From contig NW_005434483.1 in the NCBI RefSeq assembly GCF_000315625.1, positions 1-35,582 of the forward strand: a stretch of 35,582 bases of DNA, in the 5' to 3' direction. Every line of letters starts with the position of its first letter. The stretch's first letter is position 1. Shown here piece after piece: positions 1 to 8,793 of the stretch. The notes beneath the pieces are model-generated. The model was not told the origin of the DNA and did not search any database. It saw only the letters and a program-made list of their open reading frames with translations. The stretch comes from Guillardia theta CCMP2712. Its lineage: Eukaryota > Protista > Cryptophyta. The translations under genes were made by a program, and so were the position numbers.

Positions 1-139
1 CAGGAGGAGGAGGAGGAGGAGGAGGAGGAGGAGCTGCCAACATGTGGGAGCGAGCGACTGCGGACGCGGCGAGGAGGAGGACAGGGATGGGAGGACGAGG
101 GATGTACGATTATTGAAACAAAACTTGAAACAACAGACA

Positions 140-1310
140 GGACTCCGCCGTGATGACTTTGAACTTCTGCTGAGAGTCAGCCAACCGTTTAGTTTAGTAG
201 TTCCTGGCATGACCGTGATGGCACAAGTTATCGTACTGGGACTCGGCCCGCCGGACTCGAACTGACTCAGTGAGTTCTGATATGCCCCCGACCCGGCGAC
301 GGTGCGGCCGGCTGAACTCAGGGGCACCGAACCGAGTCAGTTCACGGTTTGCCAACAGTCGGAGCCGGCCGCTGCGGCGGGCCGAAATCGGGCTTTCAGA
401 CTCCTCCGAAACCAGCCCGCTGCCGCCGCAGTGCCGCACTGGCTGGCTGTCAACTGGGCGCAGTGTCCTCACAGGCCCGCTTGTCACAGGCTGAGTCCGA
501 ACGCGGGGGACTGGCACACAGCCTCTCCGACGGACGCCGAGTCCGAGCCGCCACTGGCCGGCTCACTCGGACTCGCTGAGCCTGGGCGGCCGGGCCGGGC
601 CGTCGGAGGACTCCCGGACTCGGACGGACCGGCATGATAGTACGGTGACCGGCGTACGGTCCGAGCTGAGCCTGCGGCAGAGGGCCGGGGGGCGTGATGC
701 CGTTCCCCGGGCCGCCCGGCACTCCGACACTGAGCAGCGGGTACCGTACGGCGACCGTCGCGGGGCCCGGCCCCCGCTTCCCCGCGGGCGGGCGGCCGCC
801 CCGGGGGGAGCCGGCCGTCACCGTGCTGTGCCGTGACTCAGCCGCGGCAGTCACTGCGGCTGCGCCGCGGCACACTGTGCGCAGTGCCGCGGCGCGCAGT
901 GCCGCGGCACCGTCCGAGCCTGCGCGGCTAGGGGCGCGCGGGGCGGGCGGGCCGCCAGTGCCGAGCCCCTGTGACTGCCAGTGTCACCGACGGTCACCCG
1001 CCACCGGGTGGCGGCCGGCGGCCGCGGCGGCACCCCGCGGGCCGGGCCCGGCACGGCGCCGCGCCGCCGCCCGACTGCCAGTGAGCAGCGGGTGACTGTC
1101 AGCCGCTTGCCGCAAAGCGGCCCCGACGGTGGCCGGGCTCTCGCACTCAGGGCTCGGACGGGCCGGGATCACTGACTCTGTCGGAAGCCTGTGCGCCGAC
1201 TCGGACACGGCCCGGCCCTGACTCAAAGACTTGAAGGGACGGGCCGGTGCGGGCTGACTCAGCCTGTGGCACCGTCTCAGCGGCGGCGCGTCGGTCACTG
1301 AGACAGAACG
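140..1310. promoter_or_regulatory. GC/CpG-rich non-coding island upstream of RPLP1
   Basis: Very GC-rich, dense in CCGG, CGGCCG, CCGCGG and GTGAC/GTCAC; TGACTCA at 263, 834, 1219 and 1255; ORFs are Arg/Pro/Gly/Ala-rich with no family signal; ends ~80 nt before the RPLP1 ATG. Confidence 0.45.
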
Positions 1311-1391
1311 GTCAAGGTGGGGATGAGGGTCAAGACCGTTCATTATCGGTTACAGAGAAAAAAAGCACGCGACACGCGTGAGGAAGCAGCC

Positions 1392-2378
1392 ATGAGCGTG
1401 GTAAGTTTGATGGGAAGCGCGATGGGACAGCTATGCGGGAGGAGGAGGAGGAGGAGAAGAGGCACGGGAACGAGAGACGAGAGTAGATGATAAGCTTGAG
1501 TCGAGATGCAGGGGCAGACTGTTCCCGTGGCTAGTTTGAGGACAAGAACGGTCAGGAGTACCAGTGAACATTCCTAGCTTTTTGTCGCAAGGACATGAGA
1601 AGGACGTGCGGTCGTCTTTTGATTGCGTTGCTTGTGGACTGATGGGCTTGCTAAACTGCATGATGAATCCTCTACGTGTTTAACGAGGGATTGCATGGAT
1701 TGTTTTGTTCGTGCATTGAACGGTTGTTTGGCCCGTGTGATGGGGGTCACAACAGTCTTGCTGGAACAGAACCTAGATGGCAAGGACAGTTGTTTGAGCT
1801 GTGCAGTAGACACGAGGTTGACCAAGATCTGAGTGTCATGGTGCATCGCAAGATGAAAATGTGTGTGAGGCAGTGTCTGGTGAGAGGACTCGAGTGATAG
1901 GTTGCAATAACTGAAAGTCAGGATTGTGTTCACCTTGAACAAGGTTCAGCTCATTCTGACTTGTACTGTTGCAGCTTAACGACGTTTCATTTGCATGCTC
2001 ATACGCAACTTTGATCCTCCACGATGAGGGGCATCCTATCGAAGCTGCTCGCATCCAGAAGATCCTTTCCGCGGCCAACGTCTCTGTCGATGCTTCCTAC
2101 CCAGCTCTCTTTGAGAAGGCGATGGCATCTGCCGATCTCCCTGGAATCTTGAAAGCTGCTGCTCAGTGCGGAGGAGGAGGAGGAGGAGGAGCTCCTGCTG
2201 CCGCCGGTGGTGCTGCGCCAGGTTTGAGTGTTGACTTCTATGGGATGGCTTTGATTTCGCTCACGCATGTGTCCTCTTCGCAGCTGCTGGTGGTGGTGCT
2301 GCCCCAGCTGGAGGAAAGAAGGCTCCCGAGCCCGAGCCCGAAGAGGAGGAGGACATGGGATTTTCACTTTTCGACTAA
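1392..2378 (+). CDS. RPLP1: 60S acidic ribosomal protein P1 (exons 1392-1400, 1975-2221, 2284-2378)
   Basis: Spliced product MSV|LNDVSFACSYATLILHDEG...AANVSVDASYPALFEKA, Ala/Gly hinge, and canonical P-protein C-terminus EEEEDMGFSLFD*; both introns GT-AG. Confidence 0.95.
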
Positions 2379-2523
2379 ACCCTGCTGGCTTGAAACTATC
2401 TTAGAAATGATTGAACATGCAAAAAAAGAACGCAGATGTGTTGACGAGGTTTCTGAATTGACATCAAGTTCATGCAGCATTGCTGTTTTACTGATTCTAC
2501 ATGCACATTAACTGCTGGCGGTC

Positions 2524-4096
2524 TCATTGCAGTCCCATGAACTTCGCATACCAAATCCACTGCATACATGTCAGCACCACTGCATTTCGTCGTCGTTAAA
2601 CCCCACCTGCTCTCCGCCAGAGTAGCAATTCATGAATCGCACGATGAATGTCATTGCAGTCTGTGGCCAGAATCCTAGGGAAAGATGAAAAACATCAGTG
2701 AACAGGGGATAGCAAACAGAGTGCCTTTGGTTTCACCTCCAGGTATGTTGGGAACTATGTTAGCTTCCCATCCATTCACAAGCTTTGAAAGACACTTGTC
2801 ACAAGATCGCCAATCGTCAGGCAGAATCTTCACCTGATAACGAGCATTGGACGAAAGACCCATGAAGTTCGCCCATTGCACGGAGTTGTCAAGAACAGGC
2901 GCAAGCTTCGATGTGTCAGCTCCTCTGGACTGTCGGAGAGGAGGGTGTGGGTCAATCGAACAGGAGCACGCAGCCAGTCACTACCTCGAGCAGGAACTTG
3001 GTCATCGAGTGGCCCAGCAGAGAGGCAAACATTCCAACACTCCAGAACATGGCTGCCTTGTAACCGAAGCAGGCCAATCGCTGTGCCTTGCTGAAGGAAC
3101 CAGGCTGGAGGAAATGGGAGGGGAGGGAGGAGATGGCTTTTGAGATGCCGCCCGTGGGCTCAGCTGCAAACTTGGCTGCAGGAGAAAGGAGCCAGACGAG
3201 CGAAAAGTCTCCGATGATTTCAAGGGCCATATCGGACGCAACGAAGTCCAACTCGTCCCAGAAAGCGTTCCTCTGCGACCTCTCTCGGATCTCTGCAGCC
3301 ATCTTGCTCACACAGCCTATGAGCAGCTCGATCCCCATGACAACCAGAAATCGATCGTTTGCGATCAACCTGTCCCTCATCCCAGCGGACACCGAGGAGA
3401 AGAATTTCAAGATAGCATTGCTCTGCAGGTGAATCCATGCATTGATTTCTGCCGTCCCAGCACGCCCTGCCTTCAGAGCTGCAAGGATATCAGCTGGAAC
3501 TTGACCTATGGCGATCTTCTTGCTGGCCAGCAAGGCAAGAACATCCTGGGGGATCCCTTTATCCCCATCGTCGCCACCTCCGCCGCCATCACCGCCTCCG
3601 CTGCCACCTGTATGGGAGCAGGCGTCAATCTTCCGCAAGATCTCGATACATATACATCAAGTGTGAGAATTGAACAGAATACCTGCTCGAACTCCTCCTC
3701 CTCCCGACCCTCCGGTGCAGGTCGGGGCGAGAGAAAAGGAGCTGGGGCGATTTGATCGCAGGGAGAGCCCCTTATGATGCGGGAGTCCGCGGAACATGAC
3801 ATTTCCATGGAATGCTTCAACTCCACTTAGCAAGATGACGACGAGGATGGTCCTCGGAAGAATCTGTAAGTGCAATCTCAGAAGACGACTCCCTCGACTT
3901 TGAGGACGAGGGTGCAATAACGGAGATAGAGTTCAAGGATCAGAAAAACACAGCACATGGAACAAGGAGGGTTCGTGAGGCTTCAAGAAAAACAATATCA
4001 TCGGCATCGACAACAACTTTCATGTGATCGAAAACTCCTGAGGCTCAGAATCTGCATGCCGGCTTCTCTTACCGCCTGCCACAGCTGCATCACCAT
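2524..4096 (-). CDS. RETICULATA-related (DUF3411) plastid membrane protein, multi-exon
   Basis: RDRLIANDRFL...FWDELDFVASD...DFSLVWLLSP, WANFMGLSSNARYQ, and C-terminal IVRFMNCYSGGEQ|WIWYAKFMGLQ*; Gly-rich linker; N-terminus MVMQLWQA|ILPRTILVVILLSGVEA-FHG reads as signal peptide plus Phe (intron 4072-3864). Start could be 4090. Confidence 0.85.
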
Positions 4097-4139
4097 GGAC
4101 GGATCCCTGGAGAGCACCCCACCGCTCGCATAAACAACA

Positions 4140-4500
4140 TGACCCTACCCACTAAATTCTTACGTCTATACCCCTACCCTACTACAAGGGGTCTCCGCCT
4201 TTTGTGCCCCAATGTACCCCACAATTGCACCTGATGACCGCTACTTTTGATACATGAAAAGATGGTCATGAAGTACCTGAGCTCCCACTAAATTACCTAC
4301 CACCTCAAATCAGTGTAACACCACCCCTCCTTCATTTCCACTACCCATTGAAATCATCACCCCACCCCTCCTACACATACCTCGAAGTTCAGACTGCTGT
4401 GATCGCAATATGAGGATTCCCCAAGAAGGCCCACCCCCCCCTGAGAAAAATACCCCTCTTTTATGACTCCCCAACACCGGTAGTACCAAGTCAAAACTTT
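4140..4500. other. ACCC/TACCC-rich non-coding tract
   Basis: C-run-rich on + strand, no ORF, lies between divergent RETICULATA-related and opsin genes; same vocabulary as 27340-27780 and the reverse complement of 12600-14460. Confidence 0.5.
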
Positions 4501-4659
4501 TACAGGGCCTCCTCAGTAAATTTGGGGACGACCGGCTGAATTCCCGGAGTCCGGGCCCGACCGGCCGGCGCCGAACAACTTGACTGATATTTTCACTTAA
4601 TCTGGACTGCAGGTGGGGATGAGGAGTCTAATATAGTACACGTAGAGCAGGAACATGGC

Positions 4660-6372
4660 ATGGCGAGGATGAGGGAAGGGAGAGGGAGAGCTGTTACCTT
4701 CCTCCTGCTGCTGAGGCTGACAGGTCATGCCATCTTGGCTGAAGATGCGCCCATAGCAAAGAGCGCCAGCGTCCTAGGAGGAACGGGCGGTTTCTTGTCG
4801 CTGGCGCATGGATTTCATATCCCTTCCTACTCGATCAGTAACACAGACTCCGAGCACACGGACATCAATGTGAAATGGCCAGTGTGCTTCGGCAAGCATT
4901 CAGCCCTCCTTGGCACCTTTTGTGTCCCCGGCATGGACGCGTCAGACGCGAAGAAGGATCTTGCGTCCATCTCGTTCGATGTCGCACCTGGTGCTGGACG
5001 TTCAGTCACCCTTTTCCTCCTCGCCGATGAAGACAACGCGTATGGGAAGTTTTGGACAGACGCAGTAGCAAACAGATCCTGCTCCTCCATCTCGCAGTAC
5101 GCCAAGGCCGTGATCTCTCCCGGTGGCGATGGCAGGGTGCAAGGATCCCGCCAGCTCCAGGGGCAGCATGCGCACCTGTGGTACCTGGTGGCGGTAGACT
5201 GTGACAAGAGGATATGCCCCAACGTGACTAGCGCGCACCTCACCTTCTATCACCCCGGGACAGATGGGTCGAACGAGCTGTGCTCTGGGAGCCTGTCAGT
5301 GGCCGTGCTCAAGGAAGCCATGTTCGAAGGGTGGAGGTCGCTCAGTTTTCGCAACCTTCTGAATGTCTCGGGTGTCACTCCAGTCGGTGTCATCGTCCTC
5401 TATGCTTCCTTTGTCATCCTCTGTGCCTGCAGCTTCTACTTCTTCTTCAAGAGCAGGTCAGCGCCGAGCCTCGTGGTCAAGGATCTCCTGCAGAATGCCT
5501 TCTTCATCATGACCATCGCAGGCATCTGCTACCTGGCCATGGCGACTGGCAACGGGCTGCTGGTCCTTCGGAAGACGGGCATAGGGATCAGTTCAAAGTG
5601 GGCCTACAGTGACTCTTTGATCTCCTCCCCTGGGGACAAAGCGCACCCCAACCCGCTCTACGACGAGGAGTACGCGCTAGCTCCGACTTACCCCCTGTTC
5701 TACGTGCGGCACCTAGCATGGCTCCTCGTGTCTCCCCTTCTCCTCTACCAGATCTGCGTCGTCGTCGGCTGCACTTCTGTGCCCTTCCAGTCCCTCATGT
5801 TCTTCTCTGTCAGCCGCGTCGTCTGCCTGTTCGTTGCCTCGGCGGTGCTGGGCGGCTCCAGGTGGTTGTTTTGGATCCTCAGCATCTTCTGCTACGTTGC
5901 GCTCGTTACTGTGCTGATGGCTGATGTAACGTCCCTGTCGAAGAGGAGGGGCAAGAGGAATCACGAGATCTGCAACAAGCTGTCGACCGTTGTCTACGTT
6001 GGGTTCGGGCTGGCAGAGATCCTGTGGATAGTGACCGATGGAACCAAGGTTTGTACCGTCGACCCGAAGATCAAGCCCTTGTTCCCTGACGTGGTGTTAG
6101 GTGTTCTCCAGTGACGTAGCCATCATCTCGAACTCATTTCTGGACGTGTTCATAGTGTGCTTCTCTTCTTTCGTCTTGTTGAAAGGTACGCTTGACACGC
6201 TTGCAATCGCTGCTTCCTCCTCATGATTCTCTTGCCGTCAGAAGGGGAGGTGGCTGTCCCTGGACTGAGGTCTAGCGACATTGTTGGAATGGACGATGAT
6301 TTGTCCGCCGTAGCCTTCTCGGGGGCTGGACTGCTCGGTGACGACCTAGGAGACCTGGAAGACAATCTCTAG
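4660..6372 (+). CDS. Type-1 (microbial) opsin lacking retinal-binding Lys, with signal peptide and ~200-aa N-terminal ectodomain (exons 4660-6048, 6101-6185, 6242-6372; 534 aa)
   Basis: Helix B IAGICYLAMATGNG, helix C FYVRHLAWLLVSPLLL (cf. bacteriorhodopsin YWARYADWLFTTPLLL), helix E RWLFWILS, helix G SFLDVFIVCFS; two GT-AG introns (52 and 56 nt) give an open frame to TAG 6370-6372. Confidence 0.88.
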
Positions 6373-6419
6373 TCAGGATGGAGAAAGCAGATGATGTTAG
6401 CAGGTTTCTGAGTCCCTCA

Positions 6420-6760
6420 GCCGAGGCTCAGTGTCAGGCTCGAGGGTCAATCATTAAAAATGATTCCGATCAACTCAAAACTTGAATTGTCACGTTGGTA
6501 TAACCTCACTGAGGTGCCACAGACAGTCAGCAGACCCGGCCGGGCGGCGCCGCGGGCGGCCGGGAGCCTGGCACCGTAGCCCGGGCTGGAGGGCCTGCGC
6601 GGCCAGGCCATGACCACAGCCGCGATGATGAGTACCGCTGCCCGGCCACATGACCTGCTAAATGACCGGGAGACTGCCCGGCAGGAGACCTGCCGCGGGG
6701 CGGCGGGACCGTGCGCCCGGCGGAGCAGTGCCGCTGCAGTGCCGGGAGACTGAAAATATG
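6420..6760. promoter_or_regulatory. GC/CpG-rich island upstream of the OGT-like gene
   Basis: CCGG/CGCG/GGCC-dense tract with the same vocabulary as 140-1310; no credible ORF. Confidence 0.35.
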
Positions 6761-6982
6761 AGTGGGGAGGAGGGTAACCCGACATATCGGATAGACTCCT
6801 CGGAGGACCACGATGGGGAAGGAAAAGGAGGAGGGAAGGGAGGAGCACGAGAGAGAGAGGAGGACGAGGAGAGGAGAGGAGAGGAGGACGAGTTGAAGGC
6901 AAAGAGGATACGAGAAAGAAGAGACGAGGAAGAAGAGACGAGGAAGAAGAGACGGCGGTGAAGCAGTGAGTGAACGGTCTGG

Positions 6983-7351
6983 ATGAAGAGGATCCGTTGT
7001 GGAGGTACCGGAGTCTCCGCTGGGTTCCTGCTTGTCTGCTCCCCGCTCTTCCTCCTTGCCTGCCTGGGATCAGCGAAAGAAGCCAGAAGATGTCCAGAGC
7101 AGTTTCGCACTGCCAAGGAGCAGCGGGGCGCGGGAGAGATGTACATGAAGAGAGCGGGTGCGGAGGACGGCAAGCTTGCCGCCGCATGCTTCGAAGCAGC
7201 TCTGAAATCTTACTCCTACGGAGAGGCCCAGGAGCGAGGAGAAGTTGGGATGCTCCTAGCAGACGCACTTGAGATGGCGGGAGACGTCAAGGCTGCGACG
7301 AATCAGGTGACCTCATCTACATAAGCGCCATGCTCCTGCTTGTTCTGTTGG

Positions 7352-7450
<99 letters not shown>

Positions 7451-8736
7451 CTAACCTTTCAACTCACCTCCACCGCATCCAGATCAAGGAGATGATGTCT
7501 CAGTTTCCGACTTCACCAGTGCCGCACTTCAAGCTTGGGAATGTAGCACGGGCGACAGAGCGATGGGAGGAGGCGGTGGGGCACTACAGGAAGGCCATCG
7601 CTTTAGCTCCTCAGTTCGTGAACGCTCGCGTCAACCTGGCCATGGCGTTCAGGGGGATGAACCGCCTCGACGACGCCATCCAGAGCTACCGGGAGGCGCT
7701 GGAGTACGAGCAGGAGCGAGCCGACGTGTTTGTCAACTTCGGGGTGACTCTCGACGCGGCGGGGAAGATGGAGGAGGCGAAGGAGGCGTACGAGAAGGCG
7801 ATAGCTCTCGATCCCCTCCTCTACCAGGCCTACTTCAACTTCGGCGTGCTCATGGCCGAGAGCTTCAAGGACCGGGAGGCAGGGATTAAGCTGTACCATC
7901 AGTCTCTGAAGATCGAGCCCAACTTTCCTGATGCCTACCACACGGTAGGAAGTAAGCGAGGGAGGACAGGAGAGGCTGTGGAGAAGGAGGGAGCGAGTGG
8001 GAGGAAAGGAAGGGGGCTGTGGGGCAAGGGGTAGAGGCTGTGAGGACGACGACAGAACCTGTAGGGAGGGGGAGACTGCGGGAAGGAGTACGGCAAAGGA
8101 GGGAGAGACTGACTTTGACCTCCAGCTCGGAAACATCTACACGACCCTGGGGAAGTACGAGGAGGCGAAGAGGTTCCTCGAGATGGCTGTCGCTCTGCGC
8201 CCGGACGACAGTCGCTTCCACAACTCACTTGGCATGCTGGCGGATGCCCTTGGGGTGAGGAGGAGGAGATGTTGGAGGGAAGGGGAGAGTGAAGGAGGGA
8301 GGGAGTGAAGGGAGAGAAGTGGGAAAGTAGGAGAGGGAGAGGGGAAGAGAGGAGAAGAGGAAGGAGAGAAGAGGCTGCTGGGGGGGGGGGAGGAAGGAAG
8401 AAAAGCAAAGATGGGGGAGCAGTAGAAAGAGAGTACGCAGGAGCAAGTGATCAAATAGAGAGGAGCAGAGGAGGGCGGGAAGAGGAGGAGGAGCAACAGG
8501 AGCATAACTCTGGTGTGCCCTAGGATAATCAGGCAGCCCTGCGTTACTATCAGCGGTCTGTCAACCAGTCCCCGAGATCTCCTGCCGCCATCATCAACGC
8601 TGCCAAGGTTCTCAACTCACAGGCGAGGTACAAGGAAGCAGAGGCCATGTGCATGGAGGCCATTCGCATCGACCCCAAGTACGGGGAAGCCTACTGCCAG
8701 CTCGGAGACGTCTACAAGGACTCGGAACAGGTAATC

Positions 8737-8793
<57 letters not shown>

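Noticed and set aside
1-110. Possible start or exon of a minus-strand gene (ATG at 43, poly-Pro)
   Set aside because: Only a GGA microsatellite and a few codons are visible; no family signal.
194-1343. Many overlapping ORFs in all six frames
   Set aside because: Expected from stop-codon scarcity at very high GC; no recognisable domains.
7330-7482. Poly-Leu 'signal peptide' at the start of ORF 7330..8034
   Set aside because: Translation of an intronic (CTCCTG)n microsatellite.
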